Shown: positions 41,352 through 50,856 of the stretch, one piece after another
How the letters are laid out: each line of letters starts with the position of its first letter
Numbering within the stretch: position 1 is the first letter of the stretch
Source: Candidatus Hydrogenedentales bacterium
Lineage (GTDB): Bacteria; Hydrogenedentota; Hydrogenedentia; Hydrogenedentales; JAEUWI01
DNA length: 64,000 bases
Direction: 5' to 3'
NCBI GenBank assembly: GCA_942492815.1
Contig: OW818658.1
Span: 5,208,125-5,272,124 of the forward strand
The notes under the pieces: model-generated
The model's database searches: none
The model's input: the letters and a program-made list of their open reading frames with translations, nothing else
Told to the model about the DNA's origin: nothing
Program-made: the position numbers and the translations under genes

Positions 41352-42753
41352 TCACGCCGATCGTCAAAATGAGTAGGATGCAGTACGAGTAAATACCCCA
41401 GCGCAGCCAAGTGGGCCACCGGTTGAAACTCTCGACCATCGTCCGGTTCCCCTGGAGCCGCTCCACCGCAAGCAGGGAGACAATGCCCAGGATGCCGTAG
41501 AAGAAGTGGCTGGCATTGGAAATATCCAGGGAGAACCAATTGGGGCCAAAAATGGCCCCGATCACGTGGAACGCGTCGGAGACATTGTTCGCGCGGAAGA
41601 AGATCCAGCCGAGGCAGACGAGGTGGAAGCAAATGAAGACTTGTACCGCCCCGTGCAATCGCTTGAAATTTTTCAGCCCGATCTTCTCCGAAAATGATTC
41701 GCGCAGAGACTTGCTGATCAGCGCGAAGACCAGGAAGAAGCCGTGGAGCGCGCCCCAGATGACGAAGGTCCAGTTGGCCCCGTGCCAGAGTCCGCTGACC
41801 AGGAAGATAATGAATAGATTCCGGTAATAATAAATTTTCCCGACCCGGTTCCCGCCGAGGGGAATGTACAGGTAGTCGCGAAACCAGGTGGAGAGGGATA
41901 TGTGCCAGCGCGACCAGAACTCGGAGATGGACTTGGACTCGTAGGGCTTCCGGAAGTTCTCCATCAGGTCGAAGCCCAGCATGCGCGCGGAGCCGATGGC
42001 GATATCCGAGTAGGCCGAAAAGTCGCAGTAGATCTGGAAGGCGAAGAAATAGGTCGCCATGATAAAGGTGGGCGCGGAATCAAAATGGTAGGGGTTGTTG
42101 TAAACCGTGTTCACGTAAATGGACAGCCGGTCCGCGATGACGATCTTCTTGAAGAGCCCCCAGAGAACCATGCGCAAACCGTCCACGATCCGCTGGATGT
42201 CGAGGGCGTGCTTCTCGTGGAACTGGGGCAGAAAGCTGACCGCGCGCTCGATGGGCCCGGCCACCAACTGGGGGAAGAAGCACACATACAGGGCAAATAT
42301 GCCAAAGTGGTGCTCCGCCTTCTTCTGCCCCCGATACACATCGATGGTGTAGCTCAGGGTCTGAAAAGTGTAAAACGAAATGCCCGCGGGCAGCAGGAGG
42401 TTATACGTGGGAAAGTGGTAGCCAATATTGAAGGTATTGAAGACTTCTTGAAAGCTCGCGCTGAAGAAGTTCAGATACTTGAAGGTAAAGAGCATCCCCA
42501 GGTTGGACGTGAGGCTGAAACCCAGCCACATCTTGCGCATCCGACTGCTGGTGGTTTTCTCCATCCCCAGCGCGGCAACATAGTCCACCAAGGTGGACAG
42601 CACGATGAGAATGATGAACTCCGCCTTCCAGCACATATAGAAGTAGTAGCTGACGATGAGGAGAAGGAACCACCGGAAACGGTGAGGGACGAGAAAGTAC
42701 GTCGCAACCACGAGCGGAAGAAAAAGCAGGAAATCTATCGAGTTAAACAGCAT
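41317..42753 (-). CDS. MBOAT family membrane-bound O-acyltransferase (AlgI/DltB-like)
   Basis: 478 aa multi-TM; conserved His region WHISLSTWFRDYLYIPLGGNR and ...SGLWHGANW. Confidence 0.9.
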   Translation of the reverse strand: MLFNSIDFLLFLPLVVATYFLVPHRFRWFLLLIVSYYFYMCWKAEFIILIVLSTLVDYVAALGMEKTTSSRMRKMWLGFSLTSNLGMLFTFKYLNFFSASFQEVFNTFNIGYHFPTYNLLLPAGISFYTFQTLSYTIDVYRGQKKAEHHFGIFALYVCFFPQLVAGPIERAVSFLPQFHEKHALDIQRIVDGLRMVLWGLFKKIVIADRLSIYVNTVYNNPYHFDSAPTFIMATYFFAFQIYCDFSAYSDIAIGSARMLGFDLMENFRKPYESKSISEFWSRWHISLSTWFRDYLYIPLGGNRVGKIYYYRNLFIIFLVSGLWHGANWTFVIWGALHGFFLVFALISKSLRESFSEKIGLKNFKRLHGAVQVFICFHLVCLGWIFFRANNVSDAFHVIGAIFGPNWFSLDISNASHFFYGILGIVSLLAVERLQGNRTMVESFNRWPTWLRWGIYSYCILLILTIGVIDGGQFIYFQF

Positions 42754-43353
42754 GGGGCCAGGTTTTCCGCTTATCCAATGTGGCTCGTGGTTGTTCTCAT
42801 GTTCAATTCAGCCAGGGGCTATGTCCGGCCACCCCCGAAAGATGACCCGAATGCAGTTCGGGCGCGCAGATCACCCACGGCTGGAGTGGTTGCAGTGAAC
42901 CATTCCAATCCATTCATGCGGGTGTGCCCGCTCCCGGAAGACGGCCTCCAAGGACCAACTCCGCTCCCCGGAACTCCGGCGACACCCACTCCGATTCGAA
43001 CCCCGACATGGTGCAGGCAATCCTCCACATTCTGGAAAACTCGCCTGCCGTGGGCACGGGCGGCAATGAGGCGGGGATGCATTATCATTACTGAAGATCA
43101 TCCCGGACACTTCACTGCGACCGCGTAGTGGTCGGGATTGTAAAGCATTTACCTCGATATTTCAAAGTAACAAGAGCACGGGCGAAAAGTCGGGCAGCCC
43201 GCCCCCTCATCCGAGGAGTTCCGCGCTTCCGCCGCGAGTCACGGGCGGCTCGGGTCCCGGTGACAGGGCGACCCTGCCCCGAATGCCGAGGCCCCGCCAC
43301 GGCGCATGCCGGGCGGGGCTCCAATAAGACTATTCAATCAGCACGGGGCCGAC

Positions 43354-46300
43354 TTATCGCGCCAGACGGAATCCGTTGATACCGTCGGAGTGGTTCGGGT
43401 CGTAGCGGAAGCGTCGGGACGAGCGCTGGTTCTCTTTTTTCACCAGTCGGGCCCAGGCGCCGCCGCGGGCAACCTTGTTGGTGCCGACTTCCGGCCCGCG
43501 CGGATTGTCCGTCACGTTTTGACTGTAATACGTGTCCAGATACCAGTCATCGCACCATTCAACCACATTGCCCGCCATGTCATAAGCCCCGATGGGGCTG
43601 GGGCTGTCCACGGTCTGGATATTGCCGTTGGGGCTGATATTGATTCCATTGAACCAGCCCACCGGCGAGGTATAGGACTCTTTCGCATCCTGGAGGATGC
43701 CCAGCGGGTTGATGAAGCTCGTGCTGCCGTAATCCGGATTGGGGCGGAAGGCGTCCACGTGGAAGTTGACCCGATCCCGCGTGGTCAGCTCGTCGCTGGT
43801 GATCGGATAGATCCAGTGCTTCTCACCGTCCCAGGCGGCCGCCCGCTCCCATTCGGCCTCGGTGGGCAGGCGGTAGCCATTCTTCGTGAAGTCGCCGGTC
43901 CACGTGTCCGTATCGTAGACCGGTTCGAGGCCGGAACGCTCGGAAAGCCAGTTGGCAAAGAGCACGGCGCCATACCACGTGGGCTCGGTCACCGGATGCG
44001 TCGCCTTGTCGTAGAAGGTGCCGGCCGGGATCCCTTCAAGGCTTTTCGTCACGAAGGCCTTGGAAGTCTGATCGTAGTCAATCCCGTCCTCCGTGAGGGC
44101 GAAAGCGAAGACCACCCGAGGCAATACGCTGTCGTAGAACCATGCATGCTCGGGGAAGCCACGCCACGTGGCGCCGTTGGGCCGCTTGAGCAAATCGCGG
44201 GAAGGATGGTGCATGTAATTCATGAACTCGGCATATTGGGCGTTGTTCACCTCAAATTTGCCGATCTCGTAGGCGTCCAGCGTAACGTCGCGGCGGGGAA
44301 GCTCATCCGACTGATCGAAAAGCGCGTCATCGCCGTCTTCCCGGGGCCCCATGGTAAAGGTGCCCGCGGGCACGGGAATCATGACCACATCTTCAAAGAA
44401 GGACGCGCTGAAGGTGCTCGTGGCGACCACCTCGGTGTCCGCGCGAGGATTGTCGGTGCTGCCATCGCTCCACTGGGAGAAGAGGTAGCCCTCATCGGGG
44501 ACCGCGGTCACCGCTGCCGTACTCGCGCCCACCGCAACATCCTGAACGGCGACACCGGCAATGTTCCCATTTTCCCCGGCCTCGTAGGTCACCGTAAGTG
44601 TCGCAGAGAAATTGGCCGTGACGGAAATATCGGCGCTGACATCCAGATCCGTGCGGGGATTGTCGAGAACGCCATCGCTCCAGCCGTCGAAGCCAAATCC
44701 GTTGGCGGGTACCGCCGTCACCGCGCGGCCATCCGCACCATCGCGGATGGTCTGGCTCGTGGGCCCGGTCAGGCTCCCGTTGCTGCCCGCGATATAAGTC
44801 ACGGTGAACAGCTCAACAAACTGGGCGGTCACCGTCACATCACTGATTACATTAACGTCGGTACGGGGATTCTGCTTCGTGTTGTCACTCCATTTGTCGA
44901 ACACGAAACTGGCATTGGCGACGGCCGTCACGGCCGTGCCCGAACCGCCTGTATTCACAATCTGGGTCGTCGTGCCGGTCAGCGTTCCGCCTTCGCTGGC
45001 CAGATACGTCAGGGTATAGGCCGGCACGAACTCCGCCGTTACGCTCAGGTCGCTTGTGGGGCCTGTGTCCACCCGGGGATTTTCCGTGCGACCATCGCTC
45101 CACTGATCGAAGCCATAGCCCTCATTGGGCACAGCGGTAACCGCCGTACCTGTGCCGCCGCTGCCGATCACCTGCTCCGTATCCCCCGTCAGGGTTCCAT
45201 TCGAGCCCGCCGTGTAAACCAAATCGATCGCCGTGGCGAAGTTCGCGGTCACGGTAACATCACCGTCCACGTCAACGTCCGTTCTGGGATTGTCCGAGCG
45301 CCCATCACTCCAGCCCGCAAAGCCGAAGGTCGCATTGGGCACCGCTGTCACCGCCGTGCCGTCCTCGCCGTCATTCACGATCTGCGAGGTCGCGCCCGTG
45401 AGGGAGCCGTTGGCCCCGGCAACATACGTCAGCGTGTACTGGGCCAGGAAATTGGCCGTAACCGTCACATCCCCATCCACATCGAGGTCCGTGCGGGGGT
45501 TGTCCTCGCTGCCATCGCTCCAGCCAAGAAAGATGAAACCCTCGCCGGGCACCGCGTTGACGGGCGTGCCATCGTTCCCGTCGATGACGGACTGCTGGGT
45601 CACGCCTTCCAGGGTGCCACCCGCGCTGGCGGTGTAGGTGAGTTGGAAGACTTCCCGGAAGTTGGCCGTAACCGCCAGGTCCGCCGTCACGTTAAGATCC
45701 GTGCGCGGATTGTCCGTGCGACCGTCGCTCCAGTCTTCAAAGACGAAGCTGTCGTTGCGCACGGCGGTGACGGGCGAGCCGCTGCCGCCCTCCGGCACGA
45801 GCTGGTTGGCGTTGCCCGCGATCGTGCCGCCCGCGCCCGCGGTGTAAGTGAGCGCGAAGAGTTCGGCAAAGTTGGCGGTCACGGAAATGTCCGCGCCCAC
45901 CGTCCGGTCACGGCGGGGATTGAGGGTGCTGCCATCGCTCCAGTTGACGAAGGCGTAACCGTCCAGAGGCACCGCCGTCACGGCGGAACCGTCCGCGCCG
46001 GGGGCCACACTCTGGGGCGTAGTGCCTTCGATGGTGCCGCCGGGGCCCGCCGCATAGGTCAGGGAAAAGGGATCGCCCCCATCGCAGGGGCCTTCAAAAC
46101 CACCCAGCGCAATAATCTGATCGAGGCGGTTACGGCTGACCTGCAGGGTCTCCGCCGTCGGCGTGCCTTCGCCGAAGAGCAGGCACACGGTAACAAGGTC
46201 GCCCCCATCATCCTCGGGTGTGCCGGGAAGATCGAGCACCACAATCGTGTGCGGTGCAATGGAACTGTCCAAGCCGGCCGTTCCCACCACGGCGACATCG

Positions 46301-47061
46301 GTGTTGATTGCCAGAATCGCGGGGGTGCCGCTCGGGGTGCCATAGTCGCCCGGCACGAAAATATCGGCGTCGCTGTAGTCCACCGTGTACCGGGCCGTGC
46401 CGGCTGCGAGGACGAAGGTCTCGGCGGCACTGTCCGTGCTCTCGATGGTGCCTTCGATCCGGGTATGGGAGACAGATTCCCGGAGATCGGCGGAAAGCGT
46501 CGGCGCCAGCGTATAGTTGCCGCCCTCGCCTTCGAGCACGTTGAGGCCACCCAGTTCGAGATAAAGCATGCCCGCGCTGTCGGCGACAATCTCAAAATCA
46601 AAGTCCAGGGTGTAGGTTCCGCCGTCAGACAGTGCCAGCGTGATGGTCTCCAGAGGATTGCTGACCAGCACCATGCTGGCCTGGGAGATTACGAGTTCCA
46701 CGCCGGTATACGCGCCAGCGGGGACTGTCGTATCCGAAAGGAGCGCCGCCACGGTGGTCAGATCTAAGAGATCCACCGTTTTCGCGCTGGGTAGGACACT
46801 GGTGGACACCGTATCAGCGCCATCCTGCGAAAGAACGCGAATCGCCTGGATTCGAGCCTCCAGACTCAGAATGGCCGCGTCGTCCACCGGGACGAGTCCC
46901 TTGGGGATCAATTTCCCGGCGTCAAGCGCCCCCGTGGCGAGGAGAACCTTGAGGCTCTCTTCCTCGGGTGTCGGGGGCGGACAACTGGTAAGGGCAATCG
47001 AGCTCAGCACGGCCAAAGTAAGAAAAAATGAACAGCGTCGAAAATTAATATAAACGTGCAT
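43354..47061 (-). CDS. Giant lipoprotein: N-terminal DUF4382-like region, 8 divergent InlB B-repeats, C-terminal formylglycine-generating-enzyme (FGE)-sulfatase domain
   Basis: 1235 aa; lipobox ALTSC; 8 repeats of ~75 aa with F-x-x-WSDG-x-x-x-NPRTD...VTANF; C-terminal FGE-type motifs (MAGNVVEWCDDWY, RGGAW). Confidence 0.85.
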   Translation of the reverse strand: MHVYINFRRCSFFLTLAVLSSIALTSCPPPTPEEESLKVLLATGALDAGKLIPKGLVPVDDAAILSLEARIQAIRVLSQDGADTVSTSVLPSAKTVDLLDLTTVAALLSDTTVPAGAYTGVELVISQASMVLVSNPLETITLALSDGGTYTLDFDFEIVADSAGMLYLELGGLNVLEGEGGNYTLAPTLSADLRESVSHTRIEGTIESTDSAAETFVLAAGTARYTVDYSDADIFVPGDYGTPSGTPAILAINTDVAVVGTAGLDSSIAPHTIVVLDLPGTPEDDGGDLVTVCLLFGEGTPTAETLQVSRNRLDQIIALGGFEGPCDGGDPFSLTYAAGPGGTIEGTTPQSVAPGADGSAVTAVPLDGYAFVNWSDGSTLNPRRDRTVGADISVTANFAELFALTYTAGAGGTIAGNANQLVPEGGSGSPVTAVRNDSFVFEDWSDGRTDNPRTDLNVTADLAVTANFREVFQLTYTASAGGTLEGVTQQSVIDGNDGTPVNAVPGEGFIFLGWSDGSEDNPRTDLDVDGDVTVTANFLAQYTLTYVAGANGSLTGATSQIVNDGEDGTAVTAVPNATFGFAGWSDGRSDNPRTDVDVDGDVTVTANFATAIDLVYTAGSNGTLTGDTEQVIGSGGTGTAVTAVPNEGYGFDQWSDGRTENPRVDTGPTSDLSVTAEFVPAYTLTYLASEGGTLTGTTTQIVNTGGSGTAVTAVANASFVFDKWSDNTKQNPRTDVNVISDVTVTAQFVELFTVTYIAGSNGSLTGPTSQTIRDGADGRAVTAVPANGFGFDGWSDGVLDNPRTDLDVSADISVTANFSATLTVTYEAGENGNIAGVAVQDVAVGASTAAVTAVPDEGYLFSQWSDGSTDNPRADTEVVATSTFSASFFEDVVMIPVPAGTFTMGPREDGDDALFDQSDELPRRDVTLDAYEIGKFEVNNAQYAEFMNYMHHPSRDLLKRPNGATWRGFPEHAWFYDSVLPRVVFAFALTEDGIDYDQTSKAFVTKSLEGIPAGTFYDKATHPVTEPTWYGAVLFANWLSERSGLEPVYDTDTWTGDFTKNGYRLPTEAEWERAAAWDGEKHWIYPITSDELTTRDRVNFHVDAFRPNPDYGSTSFINPLGILQDAKESYTSPVGWFNGINISPNGNIQTVDSPSPIGAYDMAGNVVEWCDDWYLDTYYSQNVTDNPRGPEVGTNKVARGGAWARLVKKENQRSSRRFRYDPNHSDGINGFRLAR

Positions 47062-47216
47062 TGCGAGTTTCCCTGCTGAGCCCAGCCTGTATAGACGCTA
47101 CTTTCGGTAGTGTATTGTTGTCAGTCTATAGGATTATACAGGAAAGCATGGATTTTCATCACACGCTCTGTAAAGATTTCCCCTCATGCGGAATTCCGGG
47201 GAGGGGCGTTGGCACC

Positions 47217-47810
47217 TCAGCGTCGGGGCCCGCGCTCCGGCTCCCGCTTGTTCTCCACCCCGCTTTCGGCGGGCTCACCCGCGGCGCGACGATGCATCCC
47301 CCGCTGCAACCACTCGCAGCGCTCCTCCAGGGCATTAATCCCCACGAGGATGGCCACGGCGATGACGGCCAGCTTGACGCCGAGGAAGGGGGACCCCGTG
47401 CCTATGACCACACCGATGGCGGCCAGCACCCAGATGCTCGCGGCGGAGGTTGCCCCCACGACCATGCCATCCCGGTTCAGCATGACCCCGGCCCCGAGAA
47501 AACCGATGCCCGTGATCACCTGCCCGATGACACGCGTGGGGTCGGTAGTGGGGTTAACCACGACAAGTCCGATGGCGACGAAGATATACGTACCCACAAC
47601 GATAAGCACGCTGGTGCGGATGCCGATGGGTTTTCCCTGCCATTGGCGCTCCAGACCGATGATGCCCCCGGAGATAAGGCAGGCGAAGAGGGCAATCCAC
47701 GAGAGCGGATCGACGGAGATCCAGGGGCTGTCACCCCAGGCATAGAGGCGGAGATACAGGGATTCCAAAATGCGGTTCACCTCTCGCGGTAACGCCACGG
47801 TGTCGGGCAC
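47217..47810 (-). CDS. mgtC: MgtC/SapB family membrane protein
   Basis: 197 aa; MgtC-type N-terminal TM core (...GGIIGLERQWQGKPIGIRT...). Confidence 0.8.
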   Translation of the reverse strand: MPDTVALPREVNRILESLYLRLYAWGDSPWISVDPLSWIALFACLISGGIIGLERQWQGKPIGIRTSVLIVVGTYIFVAIGLVVVNPTTDPTRVIGQVITGIGFLGAGVMLNRDGMVVGATSAASIWVLAAIGVVIGTGSPFLGVKLAVIAVAILVGINALEERCEWLQRGMHRRAAGEPAESGVENKREPERGPRR

Positions 47811-47965
47811 CCGTGCAACAGTTCGCCGGGCGACTTCACTATAGCAGGTTTCTCAGGCAGACGGGTCGGGCGGGCCCGCTCAAAAAAAATGCCTTGGGAC
47901 TTGTTATTGCTTTTCTTACCCATGTATTGTATGCGCGATCACCCCGATCAATCAGGAGACCGAAG

Positions 47966-48163
47966 ATGAACGCTGAAGGACGCCGAACTACCAATCGCAC
48001 GTCCCGGCTGACGCGGGAAGTGCTGCTAAGCCTGCTGGACCGTCATACGTCTGGCTGCTTGCCGTCTCCCCACCAGCGCCGCACACTCTCAGCAGAGTCG
48101 TGCAAGCGCGGTGCGCTTCAGCCGAAAAAGCAACGTCTACGGAATCCTGAATGGAACGCTTAG
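47966..48163 (+). CDS. Hypothetical small basic protein (65 aa)
   Basis: ATG at 47966 preceded by AGGAGA 6 nt upstream; Arg/Lys-rich; no recognisable family. Confidence 0.3.
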   Translation: MNAEGRRTTNRTSRLTREVLLSLLDRHTSGCLPSPHQRRTLSAESCKRGALQPKKQRLRNPEWNA

Positions 48164-48743
48164 CTTCACATAACCTCGATAACACTCCCGGCCTGGCCGA
48201 CTGGGGCGCACATTTGCGCCCGTCGGCGCTTCGGGGGCTATTCGGGCCGTCGCTCGCGGGAAGCAATTCCCCCTCGCAGGACGGCCTTTCCCTTTGCCCG
48301 GAGGCCCTTCCCGCCGCCTCGAACAATAATAATCTCCGCAAGGGTGAATATTGTTCGGCCCAAATGGGTAATAGCATCCCCGGGTGTATAGAGCCGGTCC
48401 CCGGCGGGAATGCTCCCGGCCAGGCCGGTCGCGTGACCCTTCAGAATAAGCAACCCCGAAAATGTTGCATTCGGCGCACACAGTTGAATACAATGGCTGG
48501 TTTTCCGGAATACCCTTGTGCATCATCCCTGCGCATGTTCTCCGGCAATCGCGCGCTCCCGCGAGGGCATCGCGCCAGCCATCAATACCATCTCGCAGGC
48601 TTGGGCTCTGCACCGCGCATATTAAATGACAAGGCCGTAAGTGTGTTCTTGCCATTTTTTACCCTAGGTTGCCGTGACTAGAAACCCGGCTAACTCTTGC
48701 GATTTACCGCAGTGCTGCGGTATTCGAAAGGAGGATTTATACG

Positions 48744-49190
48744 TTGGCTAAAGGAAGACACCTTCTCATCGATTGTGTGAATGTGCCCCGGGAAGTCTGT
48801 GGCGACGACAAGCTGGTATTGAAGGCGATGGCATCGGCCGCGGAACGCGCCGGTGCAACCGTCATCTCCCAGGTTCGCTACCATTTTGGGCACAATTCCG
48901 CACCTGGCTTCACCGCCATGGTCCTGTTGGACGAGAGCCATTGTTCCGCGCATGCGTATTCGGACGAAGGCCTGCTCGCCTTGGATATCTTTACCTGCGG
49001 GGACACCGACCCCCGGGATGTATTGGCGTACATGCAGGAGATGCTCGATCTGGGCGATATTACCGTGCAGCATTGCGAACGGTTCCATACGCCCGGCGAG
49101 CGCTTTAGAGCGCCTGAGATTGCTGTCTCCCTGAAGTCCTTCCGTACCGAGGCATTCGAACTCGCGACGAGCGGGAACGGGCATGGATAA
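48744..49190 (+). CDS. speH: S-adenosylmethionine decarboxylase proenzyme, small bacterial type (SpeH)
   Basis: Self-processing site context LLDESHCSAHAY; TTG start with AGGAGG about 10 nt upstream. Confidence 0.85.
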   Translation: MAKGRHLLIDCVNVPREVCGDDKLVLKAMASAAERAGATVISQVRYHFGHNSAPGFTAMVLLDESHCSAHAYSDEGLLALDIFTCGDTDPRDVLAYMQEMLDLGDITVQHCERFHTPGERFRAPEIAVSLKSFRTEAFELATSGNGHG

Positions 49191-50277
49191 CCGCTGTTTC
49201 CACAGCGGTTCCGCAGACGGACTGAAACCTCTCTTAAGTCTTGACCTGGACCAGATCCACACCTTTAAGGGTCTGGTCCAGGCGATGTCTCACACGGCCT
49301 TCGGCGGACGAAGGCTGGGCGAGGCACTGGAAACGCTGACGGAAATGGTGCAGACGCCGGGATGCTTCAAAGTCATGAGCATCTCTGGCGCCATGACCGT
49401 GGCAAAACAGGGCAAGATCGTTTCAGACCTGATCGACCGCGGCGTCATTGACGCAGTCGTGGCCACCGGTGCGCTGGTGACCCACGGCCTGACGGAATCC
49501 TTCGGCAACACCCACTACGCGGTGCCCCATGACGCGACGGACGAGGAGCTTTTCGACCAGGGCTACAATCGGATTTACGATACCCTGGAGATGGAAGCGA
49601 ACCTCAACGATCTGGCGGAAATCATCGCCGGCATCATGGACAAGCAGGACGCGAACACCGCGTGGTGTTCCAGCGCCATCTGTCGCGCCATCGGCGAAGA
49701 GCTGGACAAGCGCGACGAAGGACCCGGAATTCTCCGGAGCGCCTACCGCCGTGGCGTGCCCGTGTATATCCCCGCCTTTACCGATAGCGAGATGGGACTT
49801 GACCTCTCCACTTGGGCCATGGCGCGAAGCCTGAAGCCCGGCGCGGCCCCCGAGGCGTGCCTCGACACCGTCCCGAATTTTAATCCCTTCCTCGATTTGC
49901 AGGATTATGCCAAGCGCGCCATCGGCGCCTCGACGCTGGGCATTTTCACCATCGGCGGCGGCGTGCCGCGCAACTGGGCTCAGCAAGTGGGCCCCTACGC
50001 CGACATCACCGCGCGGCGCCTTGGCATCACCCTGCCCGAGATCAAATTCAAGTATGCGGTGCGCATCTGCCCCGAGCCCGACCACTGGGGCGGCCTTTCC
50101 GGCTGCACCTACAGCGAAGGTGTGAGCTGGGGCAAGTTCGTGCCCCGCTCCGAAGGCGGCAAACACGCCGAAGTCCACGCGGACGCCACGACGGTCTTCC
50201 CCCTGCTGGCCAAGGCCCTCTTCGAGACGCTGGAAACGGGCGATGCCCCGAAGGTCTGTCCGAAGTCGGGCAAGTAA
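49183..50277 (+). CDS. Deoxyhypusine synthase-like protein (DHS family; possible homospermidine-synthase-type enzyme)
   Basis: 364 aa DHS-family architecture; 8-nt overlap with speH. Confidence 0.8.
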   Translation: MDNRCFHSGSADGLKPLLSLDLDQIHTFKGLVQAMSHTAFGGRRLGEALETLTEMVQTPGCFKVMSISGAMTVAKQGKIVSDLIDRGVIDAVVATGALVTHGLTESFGNTHYAVPHDATDEELFDQGYNRIYDTLEMEANLNDLAEIIAGIMDKQDANTAWCSSAICRAIGEELDKRDEGPGILRSAYRRGVPVYIPAFTDSEMGLDLSTWAMARSLKPGAAPEACLDTVPNFNPFLDLQDYAKRAIGASTLGIFTIGGGVPRNWAQQVGPYADITARRLGITLPEIKFKYAVRICPEPDHWGGLSGCTYSEGVSWGKFVPRSEGGKHAEVHADATTVFPLLAKALFETLETGDAPKVCPKSGK

Positions 50278-50291
50278 GCACGTAAATCTGA

Positions 50292-50331
50292 ATCGCCGCG
50301 CTCCACGATGCTGGAGCGCGGCGATTTTTTG
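50292..50331 (+). terminator. Rho-independent terminator after the speH / DHS-like operon
   Basis: ATCGCCGCGCTCCA-cgatgc-TGGAGCGCGGCGAT followed by TTTTTTGT. Confidence 0.8.
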
Positions 50332-50336
50332 TCTGA

Positions 50337-50855
50337 GGGGACGTACCGCCGCAAATAAACCCCGTAAAGGGCACACCGCCCTACGCCCTATGAGTCCATT
50401 CAACCGAGGGACGTTCACGCCAACGCGGCGGCATGTCCCTGGGGATGCTGGAATCACGACGCGGAATAAATCCAGGGCGCTCCATTACATCCGCCGGGAC
50501 GGGCACGCGCGCTGCCAGGAGCATCGCAAATAACAGTCATAGGAATGCGTGGAGTGACCCGCGCCCACACAAGTCGCGGGCGCGAGTCCGTCCCAGGGGA
50601 CGTACCGCCGACAATATTCCCCGTGAAGGGCACACCACCCTGCGCGCTCTGGATCCATTCAACCGAGGAACGTTCACACCAAGGCGGCATGTCCCTGGGG
50701 ATACTGGAATCGTGACGCGGAATAATCCAAGACCCTCCATTACGTCCACCGGGACGGGCACGCGCGTTGCCGGGAGCGTCGCACATAACCGTCATAGGAA
50801 TGTGCGGAGTGACCCGCGCCCGCGCCCGCAGCCGTCGCGGGCGCGAGTCCGTCCC
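50337..50855. repeat. Family-2 structured repeat, two tandem units (~258 + 261 bp)
   Basis: Units about 85% identical; each has a 5' GGGGACGTACCGCC box, a central GGCGGCATGTCCCTGGGGAT(G/A)CTGGAATC(A/G)TGACGCGG box and a 3' GGGACGGGCACGCGCG...CGCGGGCGCGAGTCCGTCCC box. Confidence 0.8.
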
Positions 50856-50856
50856 T

